A DNA stretch of 64,000 nucleotides, taken from assembly GCF_000317695.1 (NCBI RefSeq), contig NC_019771.1, positions 2,463,823 through 2,527,822 on the forward strand, in the 5' to 3' direction. Made by a program: the position numbers and the translations under genes. The notes under the pieces are model-generated. The model saw only the letters and a list, made by a program, of their open reading frames with translations. It was not told the origin of the DNA and did not search any database. Below, piece after piece: positions 1-9,350 of this stretch (position 1 is its first letter; each line of letters starts with the position of its first letter). The stretch comes from Anabaena cylindrica PCC 7122. Lineage in GTDB: Bacteria > Cyanobacteriota > Cyanobacteriia > Cyanobacteriales > Nostocaceae.

Positions 1-107
1 CAAAACTAAATTGCAAGCTACCATTAAATTACAGGTAAATTACTTTAAGTTGCATTTGTTAGAATGTAACTAACTTTCACATACCACTACTAGATAAAGC
101 AGAGTAC

Positions 108-704
108 ATGGCGACTAAAGACTGGTTGAACAATCACGCTAAAGTCACTGCCTACCTAGACTTTAGCCTCTACGCTAGTTTAGAAAAGTGGATGCAAAAA
201 CACAAAATCAAGAAGGCATCTCAAGCTCTGACGATTATACTTGAACATTACCTTGAGGGGAACATTCCCATTGAAGTTATGCCTGAGAACCTCGAACAAG
301 AGGTGAAGCGGCTGAAGGTCAAAACTACCGAAATAGATAGCCTAGAGGCAACTGTCGCTGAACAACAAAGGGAGTTTAATGATGAAATTAACTCACTCAG
401 AACAGAAATTGATGAACTACGACAAGCTCTTATTAATGCAGGGTTATCATCTCTGAAAGAGAAGGTAGAAGATATTCCTAGAGGGCAAATTAAGTTTTCG
501 TATTCTGATGAGGATGTAAAACAGGGGCTTACCAAAACTGACCTGTGTGAGAGAATAGATATTAACGGCAGCACAATTAATCAATGGGCAACGATGCTCA
601 ATCTTGACTCTGATGAATATTTGTTTGAGTTGACGGGCTGGAAGAAACCGCCTAATACCCGTCGATACTTCCCGGTTAAGGATAATGAGTCTAACCCAAA
701 ATAA
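108..704 (+). CDS. hypothetical coiled-coil protein
   Basis: 198-aa ORF with heptad-like charged segments (EQEVKRLKVKTTEIDSLEATVAEQQREFNDEINSLRTEIDELRQ). No recognisable catalytic motif. A competing antisense ORF at 581-817 overlaps it. Confidence 0.35.
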   Translation: MATKDWLNNHAKVTAYLDFSLYASLEKWMQKHKIKKASQALTIILEHYLEGNIPIEVMPENLEQEVKRLKVKTTEIDSLEATVAEQQREFNDEINSLRTEIDELRQALINAGLSSLKEKVEDIPRGQIKFSYSDEDVKQGLTKTDLCERIDINGSTINQWATMLNLDSDEYLFELTGWKKPPNTRRYFPVKDNESNPK

Positions 705-965
705 TCAGCAATATAATCTACTACTTTGTTAAATTTTTCAATTGTTTCGAGAGCATCTTTGAATTTCTTAATTGCTTTTTGGAGATTAACACCAGGTTCT
801 TTTATATCCGTATTCAACTGATGCTTATTTGCCCCCGGTCTCCCTTAGAAAGTGGTAAATGAACGACTGGCAGTAGTTGAGTGATGATACAATCTGCGAT
901 CGCCTATTCTACGTCCTCATGGTAAGATTTCTTCGGGCAAAATTATTCACCCTTAAATTTACCAG

Positions 966-1406
966 ATGTCTATTCCTGAAATTACGCAGACTTTATTAGA
1001 AGCAAAGAAAGAGAAAGGTTTAAGCTTTGCTGATTTAGAAAAAATTCTGGGACTGGATGAAGTATACATTGCGGCTATATTCTACCGTCAAGCTAGTGCA
1101 TCACCCGAAGAAGCTAAGTTATTAGTAGAAGCATTGGATTTAGCCCCCATCTATATCCAAGAGTTGACCAAATATCCAGTTAAGGGATTGGGACCTGTTG
1201 TCCCAACAGACCCACTAATTTACCGCTTCTATGAAATTATGCAGGTCTATGGCTTCCCGATTAAGGAAGTAATTCAAGAAAAGTTTGGTGATGGGATTAT
1301 GAGTGCAATTGACTTTACCTTAGATGTGGAAAAAGAGGTAGACCCCAAAGGCGATCGCGTTAAAATTACCATGTCTGGTAAATTCCTACCGTACAAAAAG
1401 TGGTAG
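966..1406 (+). CDS. cynS: cyanate hydratase (cyanase)
   Basis: 146 aa. The N-terminus [49 protein letters not shown] and C-terminal region [33 protein letters not shown] are characteristic of CynS, and the length matches. Confidence 0.85.
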   Translation: MSIPEITQTLLEAKKEKGLSFADLEKILGLDEVYIAAIFYRQASASPEEAKLLVEALDLAPIYIQELTKYPVKGLGPVVPTDPLIYRFYEIMQVYGFPIKEVIQEKFGDGIMSAIDFTLDVEKEVDPKGDRVKITMSGKFLPYKKW

Positions 1407-1639
1407 TCTTTGACTCATCAAATTAATTTTTGTTGGGAACAATACACCGAACCCGTAGGGCTAATTAGGGCTAAATATAGCGCGAATGCTCCTAATACAC
1501 AACTTTCACGTCGCACGCCCCTCATGACAACCGCGTTTACTAACCCCAAATAGCCTTTTGAAAGTTGTCTTGTGAAGACAAAGTATGCTCTGATAGGGTA
1601 ATCTCTGCATTGGGGTGAAAAAATTGTGCTGAGGTAATT

Positions 1640-1942
1640 ATGATTACAGGAAAATTAGAAGTAACAATCAAAATCAATGAACTACCAGAAGCCACGACCA
1701 TAGAAAACGGCTGGCAACAGTTCGAGGTTGATTGTGATGGTCGGATTATTAGCGTCACAGTCAAGCCGAAAGTTTGGAAAAAACTAACTGATGCCCAAGC
1801 TAACTATCCTCAATGGGTAGGAGCGATTGCTGGCAAGTTGGGAGAGGCCACCGATAACGGTTTTGTGCTGTTAGAGCCTAATATCCAGACTTTTGAGAAA
1901 AAGGCAAAAACACCAGCCGCAGATGCAGCTACTGCTAGTTGA
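1640..1942 (+). CDS. hypothetical protein
   Basis: 100-aa ORF with a clean frame and an Ala-rich C-terminus. No recognised motif. Confidence 0.4.
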   Translation: MITGKLEVTIKINELPEATTIENGWQQFEVDCDGRIISVTVKPKVWKKLTDAQANYPQWVGAIAGKLGEATDNGFVLLEPNIQTFEKKAKTPAADAATAS

Positions 1943-2667
1943 GCAAAAGTTCTACCACAGATGGATAATCACAGCTTACACAAGGGTTTCACCAGTCGGC
2001 TTGATGACCCCGTGAACCACTATCAACAGATGTAGCAACATTAAAAGTTAAAAATCAAACAAATGTTAGATTGCATCGGTGCAAAACTTCTGTATGATCT
2101 GGCTAATACGTAAATGAAGCGAGTAAGGGAGGTGTAGATATAGGTGAAGAGATAACAACTATAAAAACGGCAACAGGACAAAACGATACTAACTAGTACA
2201 CGCTTTGTCCCGTCATAGAATTGCCGATTTTAACTTTGCTCAATAGTATCCGAGCGGGGTTAATTTCAAAGAAACCAAAGAAGTGGTGTTAAGTTTGGCC
2301 GCTTGCCCCACCAATTGGCTTTCTTGAGATTGTTTCGTGTTGCTTTCTATTATATAGATTGCTGCGACATTTCAAGCCTTCCGACTGGAATATTTTGGAA
2401 AAAAATGAATCATACTCAGGACTTACCCACCAAGATGACTAATTGAAACAGGATATAAAGTGTGTAAAGTTGCGTGTAGTAAGAGTTTTAGCAATTTTAC
2501 CTCTCCCAAACCCAAATTTTTAGACAACCTGTGTAAGTCCCAAGATTCTTGATTCCTCATCCAAATAACCAGCATTAAGAAACGCAGCAAACCTCATAAA
2601 TATGTAAGAGCAGCACGAATAGCCCCCTCTGATACTCCTAAAAACCAAGTATCAAGAGGAATCTACC

Positions 2668-5600
2668 GTGCTAACAGAACAACAACTTTTCATCTCCACA
2701 GAAATAGATCCGGCTCATCGAGACGAATGGTTAGCGAGTGCCATTGACCCAGAAATCATTGACCTCAACTTGCGATCTCTCTGGGGAACCACACCCTACG
2801 AATATCTGCTCTACAGCATCAACATCTCTCGTCGCAACGACGGACGCTTACGGGATGGGGATTTAAGAAAATATCGCCACATCGAAAACGGAGGTTGGTG
2901 GTGTAACGGCGTTGACCCCTTAAACAACTACGAGCAAATGCTATGGGGGTGCTTAAAACCCAACCAGCCCCGACGTGACAAACAAAAAATTCACAAAATA
3001 ATTAAATACGAACATCCCTACAAAGAAGCAACTAGGGCATTCTTCCTGTACGTCCCATATAAAAATTGGGCAAAAATCTCAGACCGCTGCGGTATAGCCA
3101 TTACAGAAGAAGATAGACTTGACCCCCGTGGCTTCTGGTATTGGGTTTGGCGGCATAACGTCCCGTTAATAATCTGTGAAGGTGTTAAGAAAGCAGCTGC
3201 GTTATTAACTGCTGGTTATGCAGCGATCGCTATTCCTGGAGTCAACAACGGCTACCGCACCTCCAAAGATGAATATGGTAACACCATTGGTAAGCCCTAC
3301 CTCATCCCGGAAATTCAGCACTTTGCCACAAGAGGCAGACAAGTAAATATTTGTTTCGACAATGACAGTAATGCAGAAACTCGCAAACGGGTAAGAACCG
3401 CTATTAACCGCATGGGCAGCTTACTCATTGGTGCAGGCTGTGAAGTTAAGGTGATAGATTTACCCCCAGGAGCAGAAAAAGGAGTTGACGACTTCATCGC
3501 TGCCAAGGGTCAAGACGCATTTCACGCTTTATATAACACCTCCGAAGTGCTAGAGATGTGGCAGATACGGCTGTCTACTCTATTAACTTACCCTCCTGCA
3601 ATCTCTCTCAACCAAAGATTTCTGGGAGAAATTCTCATCCCCGCCAGTGAAAAACTCATCATCCTCAAAGCCCCCAAAGGCACAGGTAAAACCGAATCGC
3701 TCACCCTGGAAGTCGCCAAGGCACACGAAAGTGGGCAGAGGGTTTTGGTCATAACCCACCGCATTCAATTAGGTGAAGCCCTGTGCAATCGTTTTGGCGT
3801 TAACTACGTCACAGAAATTCACGATTCAGAAACAGGGGACTTACTTGGTTACGGAGTATGTATTGACTCCTTACATGGCAATAGCCAAGCCAAATTTAAT
3901 CCCAACGACTGGTCTAATGATATCGTGATCATCGACGAAGCCGACCAGGTATTCTGGCATTTATTAAACTCCGACACTGAAGTAGCTAAACGTCGTGTCT
4001 CTGTCCTTGACAATCTGAAAAAATTAGTTCAAAACGTCCTCAGCAGTCCCCAAGGAAAAATCTACCTCTCCTCTGCGGATATCAGTGATGTGGATGTCAA
4101 TTATATTCTCTCCTTAGCTGGAGGAATTCATATTAAGCCCTTTGTGATTGTCAATGACTACCAGCTTGAATCTGGCAACTGCTATAACTACCAAGGTAAA
4201 GACCCCAGAAATTTAATTGCGGCACTAGATATGGCTATTGCTCAAGGTGGGCATCATTTGTTGTGCTGTTCTGCCCAGAAAATGACATCCAAATGGGGGA
4301 CACAGGCTTTAGAAAAACGCTACCAGAGCAAATTCCCGCACTTACGCATTTTACGAATTGATGGTGAAACAGTGAAAGACCCCAATCACCCTGCTTATGG
4401 GTGTATTGCTCACCTCAACGAAATTCTCACGGAATATGATTTGGTTATCACTTCTCCTAGCCTAGAAACTGGGGTATCTATTGATATTAAGTCCCATTTT
4501 TCAGCAGTTTGGGGGATTTTCCAGGGTGTACAGCCGGTGAATTCGGTGCGGCAGATGCTGGCACGACTGCGAGAAACGGTTGACCGCCATATCTGGGTGA
4601 GAGAATGGGGTCTAGGAGTAATTGGTAATGGCTCTACCTCGATGGGCGTACTGTTAGCCAGTCAACACGCGATGACGCGGGCGAATATTGCTCTGTTATC
4701 GGCAGCAGATAATACTGATTACAGCTATATAGATGAAAATTTCCAGCCTGAATCTCTCCAAAGTTGGGCAAAGCGGGCTTGTGTGATTAATGCCCAAATG
4801 AAGTGTTACCGTAATGCTGTGCTACAGGGTTTGGCAGATGATGGCTATACAATTCTTGATGCTTCTGAGTCATTATCATTGGCAGCAGGTCATAAACAAG
4901 AGTTAGCGGCTGATGGCTATACAATTCTTGATGCTTCTGAGTTGAATTTGGTAGACAATGAGCAAGTGTTGAACTCGGTTGTAAATGAGCAGGTGTTGAA
5001 CTCGGTTGTGAATGAGCAGATAGTGAATGAAGTAAAAACTGCTGTTAATGAATTACAAACAATTGAGTGTGAAGAAGTGGCTTCATCTCAGACACTTACC
5101 AAAGCGGAATTCGATAAATTACAAGAGAAACGAGCTAAGACTAAGAGTGAACGTCAACAGGAACGTAAAGCTGAATTAGCGCAGCGTTATGGGGTGGATG
5201 TGACACCGGAACTAGTGAGGAAGGATGATGCTGGCTGGTATCCACAGTTGCGGCTGCATTATTATTTAAGCCTGGGGCGTGAGTTTTTGGTAGTCCGTGA
5301 TACTAAGAGGGCTAAAGCCCAGGCTGAGAAGGGTAATAATGCGGTTTGGAAGCCTGATTTTAATCGGGGACAGTTGCTTCCTGCGGTGATGTTATTGGAG
5401 GAATTGAATATTTCCCAGTTGTTTAATACTGATGTGGAGTTTCGCAGTTCTGATGTGGAGTTGCAGGAAATGCGATCGCTGGCTGTGGAACATAAGCAGG
5501 TGATTAAGAATTACCTGGGGGTTTCTATCTCTGAGAAAGATAGTGCGATCGCTATCTGCCAGAAGTTCCTGAAAAAGTTGGGGATGAAGCTGTCTTATAT

Positions 5601-5775
5601 TGGCAGGTTTGGAGCAAGAGGACACCGGGAACGGGTTTACAAGTTTGTCCCACCCCAAGATGAACGGGAAATTATTTTCTCAGGGTGGCTACAACGAGAT
5701 GAAGCCATGAGTGCGTCCACCACGGAAAATGTGGTGGATGTTAATTCTGTGTCCACCCCTAATAATAAGAGATAA
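2668..5775 (+). CDS. plasmid/ICE-type replication protein (TOPRIM/DUF3854-like primase domain + P-loop NTPase), CyRepA-like
   Basis: 1035 aa. Toprim-like block VPLIICEGVKKAAALLTAGYAAIAIPGV...NICFDNDSNAETRK...EKGVDDFIAAKG. Walker A LKAPKGTGKTESL and Walker B IVIIDEADQV. The C-terminus carries near-identical internal repeats (DGYTILDASE... twice; NEQVLNSVVNEQVLNSVVNEQIVNE). It is followed by iteron-like repeats. Confidence 0.65.
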   Translation: MLTEQQLFISTEIDPAHRDEWLASAIDPEIIDLNLRSLWGTTPYEYLLYSINISRRNDGRLRDGDLRKYRHIENGGWWCNGVDPLNNYEQMLWGCLKPNQPRRDKQKIHKIIKYEHPYKEATRAFFLYVPYKNWAKISDRCGIAITEEDRLDPRGFWYWVWRHNVPLIICEGVKKAAALLTAGYAAIAIPGVNNGYRTSKDEYGNTIGKPYLIPEIQHFATRGRQVNICFDNDSNAETRKRVRTAINRMGSLLIGAGCEVKVIDLPPGAEKGVDDFIAAKGQDAFHALYNTSEVLEMWQIRLSTLLTYPPAISLNQRFLGEILIPASEKLIILKAPKGTGKTESLTLEVAKAHESGQRVLVITHRIQLGEALCNRFGVNYVTEIHDSETGDLLGYGVCIDSLHGNSQAKFNPNDWSNDIVIIDEADQVFWHLLNSDTEVAKRRVSVLDNLKKLVQNVLSSPQGKIYLSSADISDVDVNYILSLAGGIHIKPFVIVNDYQLESGNCYNYQGKDPRNLIAALDMAIAQGGHHLLCCSAQKMTSKWGTQALEKRYQSKFPHLRILRIDGETVKDPNHPAYGCIAHLNEILTEYDLVITSPSLETGVSIDIKSHFSAVWGIFQGVQPVNSVRQMLARLRETVDRHIWVREWGLGVIGNGSTSMGVLLASQHAMTRANIALLSAADNTDYSYIDENFQPESLQSWAKRACVINAQMKCYRNAVLQGLADDGYTILDASESLSLAAGHKQELAADGYTILDASELNLVDNEQVLNSVVNEQVLNSVVNEQIVNEVKTAVNELQTIECEEVASSQTLTKAEFDKLQEKRAKTKSERQQERKAELAQRYGVDVTPELVRKDDAGWYPQLRLHYYLSLGREFLVVRDTKRAKAQAEKGNNAVWKPDFNRGQLLPAVMLLEELNISQLFNTDVEFRSSDVELQEMRSLAVEHKQVIKNYLGVSISEKDSAIAICQKFLKKLGMKLSYIGRFGARGHRERVYKFVPPQDEREIIFSGWLQRDEAMSASTTENVVDVNSVSTPNNKR

Positions 5776-5788
5776 ATACATGAGTTAT

Positions 5789-5870
5789 GGACACCAGGAC
5801 ACAATAACCTTGGACACAATAACCTTGGACACATGAAACCTGAACTCATTAACCCTGGACACCAGGACAC
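5789..5870. repeat. iteron-like direct repeats (6 x GGACAC with AATAACCTT spacers)
   Basis: ggacaccaggacacaataaccttggacacaataaccttggacaca...ccctggacaccaggacacaaac lies immediately 3' of the replication-protein gene. Confidence 0.5.
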
Positions 5871-6485
5871 AAACTAACTAACCAAACGTTTCCCAAATTT
5901 TAAATAGGTGAAGACTATCACCTCATTTTGTAGTTCAACTTTGTTTGACGCTCCACGTATTTCGCTATGTTCCACATGGAGTCTCCTTAGCAAAAATCAG
6001 GACTTACGCAAAATCTTTCTCAAACGCCCATTTTTCGTGACCTCTGCGCCTCGAGGGGGATGCCTGACGGCACGCGGGAGCAAACGTTATTTTTGTACCT
6101 TGATGTGAGTCTTAACAATAAACGTGTAATTTTATACTTCTAAAATTTGTAGTAGACAAATAAATACTACAAATGTATTATTAAAATAATCTTGATTACA
6201 AATACTACAAAAATTCAATGAGCAGCAGATTCTCTTCAACAATTAGTAGCGTGGTGCATTGCCGACCCTATCGGGGTTCAGGCAGAGCAGTTTCGTTGCG
6301 AGAAACAGCTAGAGTCTATGCACTGTTGGCGTTTGAGGGAATGTATCTGTTAATCGGCGATAAATCTATAAGCCTGGGGATTTTTGGCGCGTTAGCCTCT
6401 TGGCTGAATCCAGATCAACTAATTCAAAGCGGGGGGTGCAAATGTTTCATAGCACCGAAATAGGGCAAAAAGTATCAACAAACAG

Positions 6486-6524
6486 ACCCCCGCTTTTGTT
6501 CACCAGAGGCGGGGGTTATTTTTT
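6486..6524 (+). terminator. Rho-independent terminator
   Basis: A CCCCCGC...GCGGGGG stem followed by TTATTTTTT. Confidence 0.5.
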
Positions 6525-6540
6525 AGGAGTGAATTAACTA

Positions 6541-7077
6541 ATGGAAGCTCAACCACCTTTTCAGCAAACGCACATACTACAAAATTCAGTTGTGGTGTTC
6601 TCTAAAAACTACCTACCACTATCACGCATCAACATTAAGCGTGCAATCGTGCTGTTAGTTACAGGTCAAGCAGAATCATTGAACTTTGATACTACAAAGC
6701 AATGGGAAATTCGTTCTCCCAGTGTTGTACTACAAGTACCTGAACACATCCGCTTGACTGTTGGTAATCCTGAACGGCATTGGAAAATACCACCCGTAAA
6801 CCGTCGAGAGGTTTTGAAGCGAGACAACCACACCTGTCAATACTGTGGTAGTACAAAACGTTTAACCCTTGATCATGTAATACCTCGTTCCAAAGGTGGA
6901 CAGCATACATGGGACAACGTTGTAACGGCGTGTGACAAGTGCAATTCAATAAAAAGCGATCGCCTACTTTATGAAGCAGGAATGGTACTTAAAACCAAAC
7001 CCAAAGCCCCAATTCACCCAGCAGTTGCATTTGCCGAACAGTTTTGGAACGCACAACGCCTAACGGAGAAAGAGTAA
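6541..7077 (+). CDS. HNH endonuclease
   Basis: HNH motif DNHTCQYCGSTKRLTLDHVIPRSKGGQHTWDNVVTACDKCNSIKSDR. Confidence 0.8.
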   Translation: MEAQPPFQQTHILQNSVVVFSKNYLPLSRINIKRAIVLLVTGQAESLNFDTTKQWEIRSPSVVLQVPEHIRLTVGNPERHWKIPPVNRREVLKRDNHTCQYCGSTKRLTLDHVIPRSKGGQHTWDNVVTACDKCNSIKSDRLLYEAGMVLKTKPKAPIHPAVAFAEQFWNAQRLTEKE

Positions 7078-7283
7078 TTCATTCCCTTAAACCCATTCAG
7101 AGAGGGCAATACAGCGATTCAATCACACCGCCCTCTCATTTCTGAAAAAAAATTTGTAGTATGCCCTTGACAACTCTGTAGTATGTAATGTAGTATAAAT
7201 GTAGTAAAGCAAAAAGAGCCTCCACCAAAGGCAAAGTGCTAACACCTCTGAACCATGAAAACTAAATAATTGCCACCCAACGT

Positions 7284-7358
7284 GGGGGTGTAACTCAGTT
7301 GGTTAAGAGTGCCTGTCTGTCGAACAGGAAGCCGCGAGTTCGAGTCTCGTCATCCCCG
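7284..7358 (+). tRNA. tRNA-Asp(GUC)
   Basis: Acceptor GGGGGTG/CATCCCC. Anticodon stem-loop CCTGT-CTGTCGA-ACAGG. T-arm GCGAG-TTCGAGT-CTCGT. Confidence 0.7.
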
Positions 7359-7361
7359 TGT

Positions 7362-7435
7362 AGCCTTGTGGACGAATAGATAAGTCGCTTTGATTCTCAG
7401 TCAAAGAGAAGCGGGTGCAACTCCCGTCAAGGCTT
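7362..7435 (+). tRNA. tRNA-Glu(CUC)-like
   Basis: Acceptor AGCCTTG/CAAGGCT. Anticodon loop TTCTCAG. The T-loop is TGCAACT, which is non-canonical. Confidence 0.45.
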
Positions 7436-7443
7436 GCAAATGT

Positions 7444-7519
7444 GTCCGAGTAGCCAAGTGGTAAGGGCGTTGGTCTGCAAAACTAATCATCGTGGGTTCA
7501 AATCCCACCTCGGACTCCA
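7444..7519 (+). tRNA. tRNA-Cys(GCA), CCA encoded
   Basis: Acceptor GTCCGAG/CTCGGAC followed by T and CCA. Anticodon loop CTGCAAA. T-arm GTGGG-TTCAAAT-CCCAC. Confidence 0.65.
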
Positions 7520-7525
7520 AACATT

Positions 7526-7623
7526 GCAGCGTCACCTAACGGTAAGGTACTCGGCTCATAACCGGGAGTATGTGGGTATCTCCTTCGGAGACGCTACGCG
7601 AACAACTCCCACCGCTGCGACCA
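7526..7623 (+). tRNA. aberrant tRNA-like (anticodon CAU) with ~24-nt insertion in T-loop
   Basis: Acceptor GCAGCG.../...CGCTGC followed by G-A-CCA. Anticodon stem-loop CTCGG-CTCATAA-CCGGG. The T-stem GTGGG/CCCAC encloses TATCTCCTTCGGAGACGCTACGCGAACAACT. Confidence 0.35.
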
Positions 7624-7626
7624 AAT

Positions 7627-7697
7627 GCACAGATGGTGTAACGGAAGCATAAGGGTCTCCAAAACCTTTGGTCATGGTTCAAATCCTTGTCTGTGCG
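7627..7697 (+). tRNA. tRNA-Trp(CCA)
   Basis: Acceptor GCACAGA/TCTGTGC. Anticodon stem-loop AGGGT-CTCCAAA-ACCTT. T-arm CATGG-TTCAAAT-CCTTG. Confidence 0.6.
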
Positions 7698-7702
7698 TTG
7701 AT

Positions 7703-7779
7703 GGTGCAGAAGCGAAGTGGCCGAGCGGCACGTCTTTCAAGCGTGTAATTAGCGGGTTCAAGTCCCGTCTGCACTACCA
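7703..7779 (+). tRNA. tRNA-Glu(UUC)-like, CCA encoded
   Basis: Acceptor GGTGCAG/CTGCACT followed by A and CCA. Anticodon stem-loop CACGT-CTTTCAA-GCGTG. T-arm GCGGG-TTCAAGT-CCCGT. Confidence 0.5.
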
Positions 7780-7786
7780 AATTTAT

Positions 7787-7868
7787 GGGTCGGCTCGCCT
7801 ATTGGTGTAGGTAACGGTCTGTAAAACCGCCGCGTTCAGTGTTGCTGGTTCAATTCCAGCCCGACCCA
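7787..7868 (+). tRNA. tRNA-Tyr(GUA)-like (long variable arm)
   Basis: Acceptor GGGTCGG/CCGACCC. Anticodon loop CTGTAAA. T-arm GCTGG-TTCAATT-CCAGC. Confidence 0.5.
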
Positions 7869-7872
7869 CTAT

Positions 7873-7960
7873 GGAGAGATTGCCATTGGCAGGGCAAGCT
7901 GTTTGCTAAACAGTCGTGAAATTCAACATTTCACTGTGGGTTCGACTCCCTCTCTCTCCG
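7873..7960 (+). tRNA. tRNA-Ser(GCU) (class II)
   Basis: Acceptor GGAGAGA/TCTCTCC. Anticodon stem-loop GCTGT-TTGCTAA-ACAGT. Long variable arm CGTGAAATTCAACATTTCACTG. T-loop TTCGACT. Confidence 0.6.
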
Positions 7961-7966
7961 CCTTAT

Positions 7967-8040
7967 CCCCTGGTAGCTCAGTTGGTAGTAGCGCCTGTTT
8001 GAAGAACAGGAGGTCATCCGTTCAATCCGGATCTGGGGGA
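7967..8040 (+). tRNA. tRNA-Phe(GAA)
   Basis: D-arm TAGCTCAGTTGGTAGTAGC. Anticodon stem-loop CCTGT-TTGAAGA-ACAGG. T-arm ATCCG-TTCAATC-CGGAT. Confidence 0.6.
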
Positions 8041-8049
8041 CTGGCACAT

Positions 8050-8124
<75 letters not shown>

Positions 8125-8264
8125 TTTATTGGGAAGTAGGCAAAGTCACATTGCCCTGAACGATAGGCTTGCAGGTTCGACCCCTGCTTCGGCATCTAAT
8201 TGTCTTTAGGCATCGAACTGGCAAACATAGTTTTTTTTATGTCACCATAAAAGCTAAAAAAACT

Positions 8265-9041
8265 ATGAGATATCGAAGTGTTCTGTCAAATAAAACCAAA
8301 GTAGAGGAAGCTGTGAAGCGTTGTTCTTCAGTCAGAGAATGCCTACATTTTTTGGGGCTACGTTCGGCTGGTGGCAACTACAAACAGTTTTACTGCTGGT
8401 GTGAGAAGCACGGTATTATTCCACCTAAAGGAAAAAATATTAATGGACTGAATAACGCCTCTAAACAAGCTCAAATTCCGTTAGAAAAAATTTTAATTTT
8501 AGGCTCTTCTTACAACAGAAATAGTTTGAAATCTAGGTTAATTCAAGAATCATTATTAGAGGAAAGATGCTATGAATGTGGGATATTGTCTAAATGGAAT
8601 GAAAAACCTCTTTGTTTGCAATTAGACCATATTAATGGCATAGCTAATGATAATCGAATAGAAAATCTACGTCTTTTATGTCCTAACTGCCACAGTCAAA
8701 CGCTAACTTTTGCAGGTAAACGAAAACCTTACTCTCGGATTGTCTTTTATTCTTGTTCCAACTGTTATGCTTCAATAACTAAATCTTCTAAGCTAGGGCT
8801 TTGTAAAAGATGTGCATCTTTAAGGTCAAACTTAAAAAGAAGGAAAGTCGAACGTCCTTCTAAAGAAGAATTGCACGAGTTGCTGTGGTCGAAGCCAACA
8901 AGTTTAGTAGCTAAAGAATTAGGAGTAAGCGATAAGGCAATAGAAAAATGGTGTAAATCTTATGGCATTCCAAAACCACCAAGAGGATATTGGAATAAAC
9001 AAAATCAATTACAAGGTTTGATAGTAAATCAAACCTTGTAA
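8265..9041 (+). CDS. HNH endonuclease
   Basis: HNH motif CYECGILSKWNEKPLCLQLDHINGIANDNRIENLRLLCPNCHSQT. The ORF-track start at 8169 would read through a tRNA-like remnant. The start was moved to the first Met after it, MRYRSV. Confidence 0.75.
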   Translation: MRYRSVLSNKTKVEEAVKRCSSVRECLHFLGLRSAGGNYKQFYCWCEKHGIIPPKGKNINGLNNASKQAQIPLEKILILGSSYNRNSLKSRLIQESLLEERCYECGILSKWNEKPLCLQLDHINGIANDNRIENLRLLCPNCHSQTLTFAGKRKPYSRIVFYSCSNCYASITKSSKLGLCKRCASLRSNLKRRKVERPSKEELHELLWSKPTSLVAKELGVSDKAIEKWCKSYGIPKPPRGYWNKQNQLQGLIVNQTL

Positions 9042-9048
9042 CGCTGAT

Positions 9049-9122
9049 TGAGAAGTCGTCTAATAGGTATGGCACCGCTCTTTGAAAGCGGAAAAATGCA
9101 GGTTCAAGCCCTGCCTTCTCAG
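9049..9122 (+). tRNA. tRNA-Gln(UUG)
   Basis: Acceptor TGAGAAG/CTTCTCA with 7 of 7 pairs. Anticodon stem-loop CCGCT-CTTTGAA-AGCGG. T-arm GCAGG-TTCAAGC-CCTGC. It starts 8 nt after the HNH stop. Confidence 0.55.
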
Positions 9123-9167
9123 TTATGTTCTCTGAAGTTTGTAATAACTTAAAGAACAATTAATTTT

Positions 9168-9266
9168 GCTCCTGTAGCCCAACTGGAAGAGGCGGCTGTC
9201 TCAAAAACAGTCTGTGTACGGGTACTGCTCCGCAGAAGCAAGCTACAACTCCCGTCAGGAGTACCA
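9168..9266 (+). tRNA. aberrant tRNA-like (anticodon CAA) with insertion in T-loop, CCA encoded
   Basis: Acceptor GCTCCTG/CAGGAGT followed by A and CCA. Anticodon stem-loop GCTGT-CTCAAAA-ACAGT. The T-stem ACGGG/CCCGT encloses a ~30-nt loop ending CAACT. Confidence 0.35.
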
Positions 9267-9270
9267 AAAT

Positions 9271-9347
9271 CGGGATGTAATTCAGTGGTCTAGAAGCCTT
9301 GTTTTGGGGACAAGGAGTCGTAGGTTCAAATCCTACCATCCCGACCA
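9271..9347 (+). tRNA. tRNA-Pro(UGG), CCA encoded
   Basis: Acceptor CGGGATG/CATCCCG followed by A and CCA. Anticodon stem-loop CTTGT-TTTGGGG-ACAAG. T-arm GTAGG-TTCAAAT-CCTAC. Confidence 0.7.
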
Positions 9348-9350
9348 TTT

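Noticed and set aside
581-817. 78-aa antisense ORF overlapping 108-704
   Set aside because: It overlaps the longer plus-strand ORF, and only one of the two can be real. Neither has strong support, and the longer one was kept at low confidence.
5392-5870. Minus-strand ORFs inside and after the Rep gene
   Set aside because: They are antisense to a well-supported 1035-aa gene or lie on the iteron repeats.
5789-5870. GGACAC repeats and the GAACCG repeat region (15840-16115) as possible CRISPR arrays
   Set aside because: The repeat units are too short (6-7 nt) with irregular spacing and no unique spacers of constant length. They are better explained as iterons or protein-binding arrays.
8130-8200. 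Additional tRNA between tRNA-Asn and the HNH gene
   Set aside because: Only a 3' half (T-arm plus acceptor 3' strand TTCGGCA) is recognisable with no matching 5' acceptor strand. It is treated as a tRNA remnant.
8169-8264. N-terminal extension of the second HNH gene as given in the ORF track
   Set aside because: The extension reads through a tRNA 3' remnant (T-arm GCAGG-TTCGACC-CCTGC). The start was moved to the Met at 8265.
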